64,000 nucleotides of DNA from Bryobacterales bacterium (lineage in GTDB: Bacteria; Acidobacteriota; Terriglobia; Bryobacterales; UBA6623), in NCBI GenBank assembly GCA_963422375.2, contig OY729428.2:1024001-1088000 (forward strand), in the 5' to 3' direction. Under the pieces are notes generated by a model. The model saw only the letters and a program-made list of their open reading frames with translations. It had not been told where the DNA came from and made no database searches. A program made the translations under genes and the position numbers. Positions 19,621 to 29,702 of the stretch are shown here, piece by piece (the first letter of the stretch is position 1; each line of letters opens with the position of its first letter).

Positions 19621-19629
19621 CTATTATAG
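19621..19629. promoter_or_regulatory. Overlapping bidirectional -10 elements
   Basis: CTATTATAG gives TATAAT on the minus strand (19623-19628) and TATTAT on the plus strand (19622-19627), between divergent TonB receptor and multiheme genes. Confidence 0.5.
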
Positions 19630-19654
19630 GCGTTTAGTCCGCCCCTCGCTAAGA

Positions 19655-20878
19655 ATGGCGTCCGCATGCGGTCCGCTTCCCCCCGGAACGGCACCGTTCT
19701 CCGCGAATGGCACGCCGCGCCGCGCCAAGCCCGGGGCGAGCGACGCAGGCCGGAATACCCCGGCGACCTCGACCCGGCGACCGCACCGGGCCGCCCGGGC
19801 CGCCGCCTGGCTCGCATTGGCCACCGGTCCCGCCTCGGTCGCGCAGGAACCCCCAGCGGACTCGGCATACGTCGGCGCGGCCGCCTGCGGCGCGTGCCAC
19901 CCCGGGCAAGCCGCGACGCAGGCCCTGTCGGGTCACGCCAACTCCCTCGCACGACCGTGGCGCCATCGCCTGGCCGGGGAGTTCGAGTCGGGCCCCGCAT
20001 CGCAAGACTCGAGCGGCCCGCGGGCGCGCTTGCGCGTGCGGGGGGGCAGCGCGGTTATGGACACCCTCGGCGAAGCGCGAGTCGCGGGAGAGCCGGTCCA
20101 CTGGGCCTTCGGCGCCGGCGAGCAGGCAGTCACCTTCGTCAGCCGCGTCGACCGGGACTGGTACCTCGAGCACCGCTGGAGCTTCTACCCGGCTAGTGCG
20201 CAGCTCGGCCTGACGCCCGGTCACCAGGAACGTCCTTCGGACGGGGACGCGCCCGGCGCGGGCGTCCGGTACCGCGTTTTCAGCCCGCAGGCCGAGATCT
20301 TCAACTGCTTCGGGTGCCACTCCACGGGGCCCTTGAGCCTCGGCGAGGACTACTCGATCGTCCCGTCGGAACCCGGCGTGCACTGCGAGGCGTGCCACGG
20401 GGCGGGCTCGGCGCACGTCACGGCGGCGGCCTCCGGCGAACCGGAGGAGGCGCGCCGGCGCATCCGCCACCCCGGCCGCCTGGCGGGCGGCGAACTGAAC
20501 GCCTATTGCGGCGCTTGCCATCGGCCGCCGGCCTCGTCGCCCGAGGACATCGACTGGACCGATCCCTGGAACGTGCGGCACCAGCCCGTCTACCTCGCGC
20601 GCAGCCAGTGCTTCCTTTTCGCGCGGGACCTGACCTGCACGCACTGCCACGACCCGCACGGGCCGCTGGCCCGGGACGCTGCAGCGCACTACAACGCCCG
20701 CTGCATGCATTGCCATGACGACTCCGCTCGGCCCCCCGCCGCAACCTGCCCGCCGACGGAGGCCGCGCCCTGCTCCTCGTGCCACATGCCGAGCGTCCGG
20801 CCGCAGGCCGAGCTTGGGTTCACGAACCATTGGATCGGCGTTTACGAAGAGCGCGGCGCATTGCGGCCGCGCCGCTGA
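19655..20878 (+). CDS. Multiheme c-type cytochrome (c554-like N-terminus), 7 CxxCH
   Basis: YVGAAACGACH, CFGCH, GVHCEACHG, CGACH, LTCTHCHDPH, CMHCH, CSSCHMP, FTNHWIG; start uncertain (ORF open from 19613). Confidence 0.9.
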   Translation: MASACGPLPPGTAPFSANGTPRRAKPGASDAGRNTPATSTRRPHRAARAAAWLALATGPASVAQEPPADSAYVGAAACGACHPGQAATQALSGHANSLARPWRHRLAGEFESGPASQDSSGPRARLRVRGGSAVMDTLGEARVAGEPVHWAFGAGEQAVTFVSRVDRDWYLEHRWSFYPASAQLGLTPGHQERPSDGDAPGAGVRYRVFSPQAEIFNCFGCHSTGPLSLGEDYSIVPSEPGVHCEACHGAGSAHVTAAASGEPEEARRRIRHPGRLAGGELNAYCGACHRPPASSPEDIDWTDPWNVRHQPVYLARSQCFLFARDLTCTHCHDPHGPLARDAAAHYNARCMHCHDDSARPPAATCPPTEAAPCSSCHMPSVRPQAELGFTNHWIGVYEERGALRPRR

Positions 20879-20914
20879 TTCGCCTCCGACAGCGGCGGAC
20901 GCAGGCAAGCGGTC

Positions 20915-22114
20915 TCAGCGCCCTTCGGCCGCGGCGAGCGCCCTCCGTGCATCCTCCGCCAGAGCCCCCGTGTCATCGCCCAGCTCCGCCAGAATCTCCA
21001 AGGTTCGGACGAACGCCCCGGCAGCCTCGCCGCTCCTGCCGGCGTCCAAGAGCAGGTAGCCGAGGTTGAAGAGGGTCTGCGCCACGCGAACGTCGCCGGT
21101 CCCGAATTGCCCCTCGAGAATGCCAAGCGCCCGGCGATAGAGCGGCTCGGCGCGGTCCGGCCTCCCGGCTACGTGGTGCGTGCCGGCAAGATTGTTCATG
21201 GTGGCCGCGACTTCCGGATGACTCGGCCCGAGCAATCGGACGCGAAGTTCAAGGGCGTCCCCGAGCACCCGCGCCGCCGCGTCCAGATCCCCCGCGGCGC
21301 GCAGGACGTTGCCGTAGGTGTCCGCCGCCGCGGCCGCGGCCTGGGTGTTTGCGCCGGATGACTGCTTGAAGGCCTGCTGCGCTTCCGCTGCGAGCTGGCG
21401 CGCCCGCTCGAGGTCACCGCTTTCCCCTGCGAGCAAGGCGAGGCGATGCAGGATCTCGCCCGTTTGGGGATGGGGCCGGGCGCCCGCTGCCTTCCGCAAC
21501 GCGAGTGCTCGCAAGAGAGCGCCCTCGGCAGATCGGTATTCGTTCAAGCCCTCCAGCGCCGCGGAGAGCTGCAGCAGCGCATCCGGGTCGGGGCGCACGG
21601 CGACCGCAGCCTCGAACCGCCTGGCCGCGAGCCCGAGATCGCTCCGGTCGGCGGCTAGCTCCGCCAGCAGGAGCCTGACCTCGAACTCTAGACCCGGATC
21701 TCGAGCGGAAGAGTCCCGAAGAGCGCGGGCGGCCCGGTCGCACAAGGCCTCGCTCCGAGCGGCGTCGCCCATCCGACGCAAGGCCTGCGCCAGCGCGAAG
21801 GCGTCCCGGGCGACTTCGATGGGTTCGGCGCCATCGTCGCGCTGCCGGGATTCCAGCGCCTCGCGAAGGTAGCCCGAGGCCTCGCCCGCCCGCCCGCGGG
21901 CCAGGAGGAACAGCCCCAGGTCTCGCTTCGCGGACGCCGCGACGGGGCTGTCAGGGCCGAAAGCCCTATCCCTTCGCTCGACTGCCTCCCGGTGCAGGCG
22001 CTCGATGTTGCGGTCCCGCTCGACCGAGAGGACCGGCGTTTCCGCGGACGCCGAGACCGGAACGGCCATCGCAGCGAGGCCGAGAGCACCCGCCCGGAGG
22101 CCCCTGCAGGTCAC
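20915..22114 (-). CDS. Secreted tetratricopeptide repeat protein (TPR_12 / kinesin-light-chain type)
   Basis: LGPSHPEVAATMNNLAG...AEPLYRRALGI repeats; signal peptide; 4-nt overlap with the upstream TPR gene. Confidence 0.85.
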   Translation of the reverse strand: MTCRGLRAGALGLAAMAVPVSASAETPVLSVERDRNIERLHREAVERRDRAFGPDSPVAASAKRDLGLFLLARGRAGEASGYLREALESRQRDDGAEPIEVARDAFALAQALRRMGDAARSEALCDRAARALRDSSARDPGLEFEVRLLLAELAADRSDLGLAARRFEAAVAVRPDPDALLQLSAALEGLNEYRSAEGALLRALALRKAAGARPHPQTGEILHRLALLAGESGDLERARQLAAEAQQAFKQSSGANTQAAAAAADTYGNVLRAAGDLDAAARVLGDALELRVRLLGPSHPEVAATMNNLAGTHHVAGRPDRAEPLYRRALGILEGQFGTGDVRVAQTLFNLGYLLLDAGRSGEAAGAFVRTLEILAELGDDTGALAEDARRALAAAEGR

Positions 22115-23217
22115 GGGACGCCGCCTGCGCCGTCAGCTGCCTGGTCCTGGAGCCGCCTGTGCTCGGCGGCATGGAACGACGCCTTGGCGGCGTCCCCGAG
22201 CCGCCGGTAAAGCCGCGATAACTGGTATTCCATGCGCATCCGCGCGGAGTCGTCGGCCGCCGCTGCGACGGCTTTCTCAAGCGGTGCCAAGGCGTCCGCA
22301 TACCGCCCTTGATCGGCCCTGGCCCGCGAGAGGAGTTCCAATGCTTCGTAGGAGTCTCCGTCGACCCCGAGAGCGCGTTGCAGGACGCCTTCCGCCGCCG
22401 TGCTGGCGCCTTGCAGAAGCAGCGCTTCTCCCCAACGCATAAGCGGCTGCGCCGCATGCGGCACGAGGCGCGCCTCCTCCTTGAACTGTTCCGCGGCTTC
22501 CTCGTACCGCCCGCGCGCCGCGAGGATGTCGCCGAGCGCGAGCCGCGGGCCGCGCCTGTGAGGCTCCGCGCGCAGCACAGCCTCGTAGGCGGCCTGGGCC
22601 TCGTCCCACTCCCGAGCCGCCACCAAGGCCTCCGCCGCGGTGATCCGAGCCGGGACGGTTCCCGGGGCCGCACGCATGAGCCTCCGCCGAAGCTCGGCAG
22701 ACCGATTGCCGGAGACCAGAATCTTGAGGCGCAGCAATTCCGGGTCGCCTGGCGCGTGCGACTCCAGCTCTCCGATCAGGGCGCTGGCTCCCTCGAATTC
22801 GCGGCGCTCGATCAGCGCTCGCGCAAGACGGAAGCGAGACTTCAGGTCGCTTGGATCTCCATCCAGCGCCTGCCGCAGCGCCCGCGCCGCCGCGTCCAGC
22901 CGCCCCGTCTCCAGCAGCGCATGCCCTAGGAGCCCGTGCAGGCCGGCCACGCCTCCGTCAAGCCCCAACGCGTCCGAGAAGGCGGCGGCGGCCCCCGCAT
23001 AGTCGAACAGCTCGTACCGCACCAGCCCGAGGTTCAGGTGCGCCGGGAGGAAATCCGGAGCCTCCGCCGCGAGGTCTGACAGCGCCTGTTCGGCCGCGTC
23101 CAAGTCGCCCCGCTCGCGCGCGGCGACCCCCTCCCTCGCCAGCTCCTCGAGTCTCGGGGCCAGCTGGCCGCCCGTACCAGCCGCGGCCATCGCCGCAGCG
23201 AGCGGGACGGCGATCAA
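22111..23217 (-). CDS. Secreted tetratricopeptide repeat protein
   Basis: Tandem TPRs (PAHLNLGLVRY, YQLSRLYRRLG); likely TTG start overlapping the CRTAC1 stop (TTGA). Confidence 0.85.
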   Translation of the reverse strand: MIAVPLAAAMAAAGTGGQLAPRLEELAREGVAARERGDLDAAEQALSDLAAEAPDFLPAHLNLGLVRYELFDYAGAAAAFSDALGLDGGVAGLHGLLGHALLETGRLDAAARALRQALDGDPSDLKSRFRLARALIERREFEGASALIGELESHAPGDPELLRLKILVSGNRSAELRRRLMRAAPGTVPARITAAEALVAAREWDEAQAAYEAVLRAEPHRRGPRLALGDILAARGRYEEAAEQFKEEARLVPHAAQPLMRWGEALLLQGASTAAEGVLQRALGVDGDSYEALELLSRARADQGRYADALAPLEKAVAAAADDSARMRMEYQLSRLYRRLGDAAKASFHAAEHRRLQDQAADGAGGVP

Positions 23218-24863
23218 TCGCGGAGCGGACGGCCCTCGCGAACGGTGACGTAGCGGTTGGCCCCCACGCCGCGCAATTCCTGCTGGGTCCCGCTCGGCCA
23301 TCGAATTCGAATCCATTCGACAGTATCGTTCGCGCCGAGGCCGAAATGCACGCGCGGGTCGCTGGCCGACAGGTAGCTCCCGGCCGTGCTGGAGAATCCG
23401 TGCTGGGCCCGCCCGTCAGGCGTGCGGATCGAGATCCGCGCGCCCTGCCCGTCCCGCGGGCTGCTGTCGCCGACGAGTCGCAGCGCGATCCAGCGCCCGC
23501 CGAGATCGGCGGCGCTGTTGTAGAGAACCCGCGGGCGTCCGTCGAGCACGCCCAGGGCCACGTCCACGTCGCCGTCGTTGTCGAGATCGCCGAAGGCGGC
23601 CCCGCGCCCGGCAAGGGATTCGGCGAAGACCGCGCCCGACGCGCCTGACACGTCTTCGAACCGCCCTTCGGAGCCGAGGGCGAGCAGGGGCGGCTGTCTG
23701 TACCTCAGGCTCGGGTCGGTCAGACGGATCGTGTCCAGCACGTGGCCCTGGGCCACGAAGATGTCCTTCCAGCCGTCAAGGTCGAAGTCGGCGAGACGGA
23801 CGCCCCAGCCCGACATGCTCGCCGTGATGGCTGCCAAGCGGCTCTGCCTAGTCCGGTAGCTGAACAGGCCGTCGCCGTCGTTGCGGTAGACGGCGTAGAG
23901 TTCCCTCGCGAGATTCGTGATGAGGATGTCCGGGTGCCCGTCGTTGTCGTAGTCATCGAAATCAACGCCCATCCCGGCGAACCGCCCGCCGTCCTCGTTG
24001 TAGGCGACGCCCGCGTCGAGCGCGACATCCCGAAACGAGGCGGCCCCCCGGTTGCGGAGCAGCTGCTGGGGCTCGGAATCGTTGGCCATGACAATGTCGA
24101 TGTCGCCGTCGGACTCGAGGTCGTTGAACGCGACGCCGAGCGCCTTGCCCGGCAGGCCGGCAAGTCCCGCCTTCTCCGAGTGGTCGGAGAACCGCGACCC
24201 GCCATCGTTCGCGAACAGCATGCTCGTCACCCGGCCATAGCGGGTCGGCGGACAGTAGCTCGGCACGTCTTCTCCGCACCCCACGTGGGAATCGAAATCC
24301 CAGTCGAGGTAGCGCGTGACGACCAAGTCCAGCAGGCCGTCCCCGTTCAGATCAGCGAAGCCGGCGCTCGCCGCCCAGCCCGGCACGCCAATGCCGCTCT
24401 CCTGCGTGACGTCTCGGAACGTCCCGCCTCCCGTGTTGCGGAAGAGCGAGGTGCCTCCGTACCCGGTGATCACCAGGTCGGTCAGTCCGTCGTTGTCGTA
24501 GTCGCCAGTCGCCGCTCCCATGCCGTAGATGCCGGAGTCCTTCTGGGAAATACCCGAGCGGTCCGTGACGTCCGCAAAGCGCCCGTCCCCTAAGTTGCGA
24601 TACAGGCGATTGAAGGATTCCGGTTCGGAGCGGTCGACGGCCGGCCGGTCCGGCGCGCCGCGGATCGACCCGCCGTTCACGAAGAGAACGTCCAGCCATC
24701 CGTCTCCGTCGAAGTCCAGCAGGGCCACGCCGCCGCCCATGGTCTCGAGCAGGTACTTATGGGGCGTGGCACCGGAGCGATGCCGAAAGCCGATACCCGC
24801 ATCCGAGGCTCGGTCGGTCAGAGAGGCGGACCGGGCGCACGGCGCGACGCAAGCGATCAGCAT
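23214..24863 (-). CDS. CRTAC1-family FG-GAP/VCBS repeat protein with C-terminal ASPIC/UnbV domain
   Basis: ETMGGGVALLDFDGDG, many DxDNDG repeats, SYLSASDPRVHFGLG, IRWPSG; start approximate. Confidence 0.93.
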   Translation of the reverse strand: MLIACVAPCARSASLTDRASDAGIGFRHRSGATPHKYLLETMGGGVALLDFDGDGWLDVLFVNGGSIRGAPDRPAVDRSEPESFNRLYRNLGDGRFADVTDRSGISQKDSGIYGMGAATGDYDNDGLTDLVITGYGGTSLFRNTGGGTFRDVTQESGIGVPGWAASAGFADLNGDGLLDLVVTRYLDWDFDSHVGCGEDVPSYCPPTRYGRVTSMLFANDGGSRFSDHSEKAGLAGLPGKALGVAFNDLESDGDIDIVMANDSEPQQLLRNRGAASFRDVALDAGVAYNEDGGRFAGMGVDFDDYDNDGHPDILITNLARELYAVYRNDGDGLFSYRTRQSRLAAITASMSGWGVRLADFDLDGWKDIFVAQGHVLDTIRLTDPSLRYRQPPLLALGSEGRFEDVSGASGAVFAESLAGRGAAFGDLDNDGDVDVALGVLDGRPRVLYNSAADLGGRWIALRLVGDSSPRDGQGARISIRTPDGRAQHGFSSTAGSYLSASDPRVHFGLGANDTVEWIRIRWPSGTQQELRGVGANRYVTVREGRPLRD

Positions 24864-25124
24864 CGCGAGCGCAGCCGAGAGGACCTTGCCCGGCCAGCGG
24901 AATCGCGCCGTCGCTCGTGCCGGCCGACCGGGTCCGGCGGACTCGGGGTCATGCCGGCCGAATGCCTTCGGCCCGGCCGCCGTCTCACTCCCGGGCACGG
25001 CGAAAACAGCGACTGGGCGCTTGGCGAGGGACCGGCGGCTCGGCTCCGACATCTGTGGAGATTTGGCACCGACGAGCCGAGCGGCCTCCGGTCGGCGCAT
25101 GCCGCTCCCGATGCCCGGGCATCA

Positions 25125-26366
25125 CTAGGACTCCCAGAGCGCTCGTATCGGGACAGCGTAGAGACCGTCGCCGATGCTCGCGCAAGTCTCTCCTTCGTAG
25201 AGCACCACTCCCCCGGCGAACCGGCTGCCCGGCGTCGACTTGAGCTTGCGCAATCCCCGGAAATCCGACGGGAACACGGTGGCGGCGGGCTTGATCTCGA
25301 CGCCGACCACCTCCAAGATGCCGCGCTCGATGACGATGGCGCCCCTGGGCTCCGTCCCGGTCGCGGAAACGAAAGAACGAGTACGGGCCGTCAAGCCCGC
25401 CGGCCTGCCTCCTGAGCTCCTGGAAGGCAAACGTCTCGAGCACCTGTCCGAGGACTGGTCGGTTCGCCGCGAGCCCCTTGGCATCGACACCGAGCAGCGC
25501 GCCGGCGAGACCGGAATCGCCCAAGTGGACCTTCAGCACCTTGACGAGCCGACTCGAAAGGTTGCCGCGCCAAGGCGGCAGCCTCTCGACTAGGAATAGC
25601 CCCTCCAGCAGCGTGAAGTAGTCGCGGACGGTGTTGCGCCCGATCTGAAACGGCGCTGCAAGATTGGCCAGATTGAAGAGCTGGCCGGACTGGTCCGCAG
25701 CGACCGAGAGAAGCTTCGGCATCGACTCGAGCGAGCGAATCCGCCCTAGGTCTCGGATATCCCGGTATATCAAGTTCGCCGCGTAGTCCCGGTACCAAAC
25801 CAACCGCCGACGGACTGACCGGAAGACAACGGCGGGAGGATAGCCACCGGCCACGATCTTGCCGGCAAGCGCCGCACCCAAGCGCTCCGTGCGGTATGTG
25901 CCGAAGGTGCCGGAAAACAGGCGCTCGATGAAAGTGGTTCCGCCTTGCCGCGCGATCTCACGTTGCGAGAACGGACGGTGACCCACGACCTCCGTGGCCC
26001 GGCCAAGGAGTCGGCCAAGGCGGGCAAGAGCAATACGTTGGCCGAGCCCGTCAGAACGAACCGCCCCGGCTCGCGGTCGCGGTCGATAGCGGTCTTGAGC
26101 GCCCTGAATAGCGACGGGACGTTCTGCACTTCTTCGAGGACGACCCGGCGCGGCAATTCCGCGACGCATCCCAGCGGGTCGCGTAGGACCGAAACACGTG
26201 CGACGTCGCTGTCGAAGTTGACGTACGCGTAGCCGCGCGGCCGACCCACGGCTTTCGCGAGCGTGGTCTTGCCGCATTGGCGCGGGCCTTGGATCAGGGT
26301 GGCCGGTGAATCCTCGAGGGACTCGGCCAGATGGCGCTCGACAAACCGAGGAACGATGGAGGCCAT
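25125..26366 (-). pseudogene. AAA_14 ATPase + DUF4143 protein, two frameshifts
   Basis: GPRQCGKT and LTGSAN..DSLAG in frame 1; GGYP...RDIRDL...DSGL...ETFAFQEL..FRDRDG in frame 2; VVGVEIK...DFRGLRKL in frame 3; shifts near 25997 and 25345. Confidence 0.88.
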
Positions 26367-26439
26367 TCGGACGGCCGAGCCTCGCTGCAGTGTCAGCTCG
26401 CTACTACTCTACACCTCCGCCGACCGTCAGTTACGCGAC

Positions 26440-26960
26440 CCGCCGGCGGTCCAGGCGTCGCGCGCCGCCAATTTCAGCACGGAGGCAGCGAAGCCGATAC
26501 CGCCGAGGATGGCGTGCGCGGACCGAGCAGGTAGCGCAGCTGCGGGCCGACGTGCCGCACGCCCCCCCTTTGGGATGCTCGGCGGCCATCAGTTCGTTCC
26601 AGGTCCGCATCTGCTCGTCGCCGACTTCGACCGGTTCCAAGTCGCGGTTCCGGTCGACACGGTCCGGCACGTCGGCCGGGGGCTGCACGGCGGCACCTAG
26701 GAGTCGCGGACGCCTGTGCCTGGGCCCACCCCCAGTCGACTCGGGCAGGCGCAAGCGGCCGGCCTGCTCCAAGGCATACAGAGCCTGCAGGCGGGTGGCC
26801 GCCTGCAGGTCCCCGCGCCGGTTGCGGAAACCGAACTCCTCGCAGACCAGCCTTGCGATGGCGGTGCGGGCGGCGTGGCAGTGTTCCCCGAGCAGACTCT
26901 TGCCCCCGGGCCAATGCCTCGTCGGCGGCCAGCGTTTCCGCTATCCGGCGTTGCTGGTAC
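26440..26960 (-). pseudogene. DUF4338 (DruA-like) N-terminal fragment
   Basis: Across frames: ARLVCEEFGFRNRRGDLQ...ALEQAGRLRLP...RTWNELMAAEHP..VRHVGPQLRYLLG..LGGIGFAASVLKLAARDAW. Confidence 0.7.
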
Positions 26961-27097
26961 ATGCGCAAGGAATCGCACGGCAACAGATCCATTGTCAAAG
27001 CTCGGCCTATGTGCTAGCAGGAGGCCGCGGCAGCGGCCGAACAGCGTGCTGCGCGTCCGCCGAGCGTCAGTTCCGCGGTCCGCTGGAGGTCATTGCG

Positions 27098-27694
27098 TCA
27101 TTCCGGTTCCGTCGCCAATGCCGCATGGATCAATTCGGCGCAGCGCGGCGTATATTCGATCGTCCCGGCCTCGACCTGGCCGGTCTCGGACATCTTGCGC
27201 CACGTTTTCCGCAGGATTCCGATCATGCTGTCGCGGTCCTGCTTATCCGCGAACGCGTCGAAATAGTGCTCTAGGAACACCAGGCACGCCACGTCCTCGA
27301 GCAGTTGCGCCCACGGGTCGATCTTGAATCGCTCCTTGCGAATGATCGCCTGGACCCTGGCGACCGTGCTGCCGTCCAGCCCGCAATCCCGCATGATCGC
27401 GCCGGCAGTGTCCGCATGGAACCGGAGCAGGTTCCGGCGCCACTTCAGGTAGCCCGCCCTTCCCGACGGGTAGCTGTCGCGAGGAACCTGCCATCGCCGG
27501 ATATGCTGCGCGCGCGCGGCGAGCCGGACCTCGCGGGGCGCGTCCGGGTCCAGCCGGCCGAGCCATGACGACATTCGCCTGGCATATGCCAGCTCCGTCG
27601 GGACGCCGTCGGGACCGCGGTTCGGGTCTTCCGCGTTCGCGGCGTCGAACATCTCCATACAGCGCGCCACGCGCTCGGCCTTCTGAACGCTCAT
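27098..27694 (-). CDS. DUF4202 domain-containing protein
   Basis: FDAANAEDPN, ELAYARRMSSWL, LAARAQHIRRW..PRDSYP..RAGYLKWR, QLLEDVACLVFL, ILRKTWRKMS; ATG overlaps the rsmE stop. Confidence 0.9.
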   Translation of the reverse strand: MSVQKAERVARCMEMFDAANAEDPNRGPDGVPTELAYARRMSSWLGRLDPDAPREVRLAARAQHIRRWQVPRDSYPSGRAGYLKWRRNLLRFHADTAGAIMRDCGLDGSTVARVQAIIRKERFKIDPWAQLLEDVACLVFLEHYFDAFADKQDRDSMIGILRKTWRKMSETGQVEAGTIEYTPRCAELIHAALATEPE

Positions 27695-28407
27695 CCGCTT
27701 CCGCCTGTCTCGCGGCCGCCGGCGCAGACCGCGGCGAATGCGACTGCCGCCGTTTCCGCCCGCAGCACCGTCGCACCGAGGCCCGCCGTAGCGAAGCCGC
27801 GCTCGCGGGCCAGCCTCCTCTCCTCGTCTGTCCACCCACCCTCGGGTCCTACCAGAAACGTCGCCGGACCTCCGGCATAAACCGCAGCCAGCGCGGGCCG
27901 GCCCGGATGGGCGAGCAGCCTCGCCCCCTCCTCGCAGGCCTTCAGGAACTTGGCGAATCCGGCCGGAGGCAGCACCTCCGGCACGGACAGGCGTCTCGAC
28001 TGCTGCGACGCCTCGAACGCGATCCTGCGCCACCGCTCGAGCCGCTTCGGGGCGGCCGCGACAAGCTTGGTGTCGCTGCGCGCGGCGATGACGGGAACTA
28101 TCGAATGCACCCCGAGCTCGGTGAGCTTCTCGAGCGCCCACTCGAAGCGCTGGAACTTGATGATGGCCAGCGCGGCGTCCATCCTCGGCAGGCTTTCCGG
28201 GCTGGGCAGCGCTTCCTGCACGCTGAACCGCACCTCGTGCGGAGAGCTCGCGACGGTGGTCGCCCTGTAGGCCGTGACCTGGTCGGAGATCTCGACCTGC
28301 TCGCCGGGAACCAGCCGGGCCACCCGCGCCAAGTGGTGCGCCGACCTGCCGCGCGACAGCGCCTCGCCGCCTTCGACCCGGTCCACGAAGACGCGCCGCA
28401 GCACCAC
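27691..28407 (-). CDS. rsmE: 16S rRNA (uracil1498-N3)-methyltransferase
   Basis: HHLARVARL, LEKLTELGV, EASQQSRR, VGPEGGW, LGATVLRAETA; GTG start. Confidence 0.93.
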   Translation of the reverse strand: MVLRRVFVDRVEGGEALSRGRSAHHLARVARLVPGEQVEISDQVTAYRATTVASSPHEVRFSVQEALPSPESLPRMDAALAIIKFQRFEWALEKLTELGVHSIVPVIAARSDTKLVAAAPKRLERWRRIAFEASQQSRRLSVPEVLPPAGFAKFLKACEEGARLLAHPGRPALAAVYAGGPATFLVGPEGGWTDEERRLARERGFATAGLGATVLRAETAAVAFAAVCAGGRETGGSG

Positions 28408-28454
28408 CCTGACCAGATTACCCCGCGCATTCGGATCCGTCGATAGACTGAAGG

Positions 28455-29678
28455 TTGGATCCGGTTGCACACGCCGCCGCGACGGGGGCGTCGCTCGGCC
28501 GCGAGGAGGTGGCTCGGATCGTCCGGGAGAGCCTCCGCCCGCGATTCGCGGAACTAGGTAGCTGCCGGTCGACCTCCGAACTGATGTCGCTCCCGTCCTT
28601 CCGCGAAGTCCGGCCGCTCGCGGAACGAGTTCTCGGCACGACCGAGGCAGGAAGCTTCCTCGCCTCGCGCGCCCCGTCCAAGCCGTCCTACCGGCTTGTG
28701 GCTTGGAATCTCGAGCGCGGCATCGAGTACGAGGGCCAGCTCGAGGCGCTGCGCGACCACCCCTATCTCGCCTCGGCGGACGTGTATCTGCTGACCGAGA
28801 CCGACGTCGGCATGGCCCGGTCCGGAAACCGCAACATCGCGCGAGATCTCGCACGCAACCTCGGCCTCGAATACGCGTTCGCTCCCTGCTACCTCAACCT
28901 GGCCAAGGGCGCGGGCGTCGAGAACGAGATCGCGGGGGAGAACGATCTCGGCCTCCACGGCAACGCGGTCCTGAGCCGCTTCCCGATTCGGAACCCCCGG
29001 GCGATCGCCCTCGGCAACGGCCGGGACAAGATGCGCGGAAGAGAGAAGCGCATCGGCCAGCAGGTCGCGGCCGCGGCGGAAATCGCCCTGCCGGGGCTTG
29101 ACCTCACCGTCTGCTCGGTCCATCTGGACGCCCAGTCGAGCCAGCGGCACCGCCGCGACCAGATGCGGGCCGTGCTCGACGGGCTTCCCGCGCAGGGCCC
29201 GGCCGTGATCGGCGGGGACTGGAACACCACCACGTTCGACTCCTCCAGCGCCCGCAGCGCCATCGTCGGGTTCTGGGTGCGCGTGCTGCTCGGAGCGCGC
29301 AACACGATCCGCAATCACTTCCTCCGCCCGTACGCCTACTTCGAGCGGGATCTGTTCCGGCTGCTCGAGGAGCGAGAGTTCGACTGGCGGGATGCGAACA
29401 TCCTCGACGAAAGGACTACCTCCTACGACGCCGAGGACGCCAAGACGCACGATAACTTGCGCGAGTGGGTGCCGGAATGGTGCTTCGACTTCATCCGCTG
29501 GGCGCTGCGGGAGTTCGACGGCAAGTGCCCGCTGAAGATCGACTGGTTCGCGATCCGAGGGGCCCGCGCCACTGCGCCGGTCGTGCTGCACGATGTCCGC
29601 GAGGGCCGCGTGCCGCCTCTCTCCGATCACGACGCGATCGGAATCGACGTCGCGCCCCCCGGCGCGGGGACAATATAG
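28455..29678 (+). CDS. Endonuclease/exonuclease/phosphatase family protein
   Basis: AWNLERG, LLTETDVGM, GNAVLSRFP, SVHLD, IGGDWN, KIDWF, LSDHDAI. Confidence 0.9.
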   Translation: MDPVAHAAATGASLGREEVARIVRESLRPRFAELGSCRSTSELMSLPSFREVRPLAERVLGTTEAGSFLASRAPSKPSYRLVAWNLERGIEYEGQLEALRDHPYLASADVYLLTETDVGMARSGNRNIARDLARNLGLEYAFAPCYLNLAKGAGVENEIAGENDLGLHGNAVLSRFPIRNPRAIALGNGRDKMRGREKRIGQQVAAAAEIALPGLDLTVCSVHLDAQSSQRHRRDQMRAVLDGLPAQGPAVIGGDWNTTTFDSSSARSAIVGFWVRVLLGARNTIRNHFLRPYAYFERDLFRLLEEREFDWRDANILDERTTSYDAEDAKTHDNLREWVPEWCFDFIRWALREFDGKCPLKIDWFAIRGARATAPVVLHDVREGRVPPLSDHDAIGIDVAPPGAGTI

Positions 29679-29702
29679 GTTGGGTAGGCTGGAATCGGAT
29701 CG

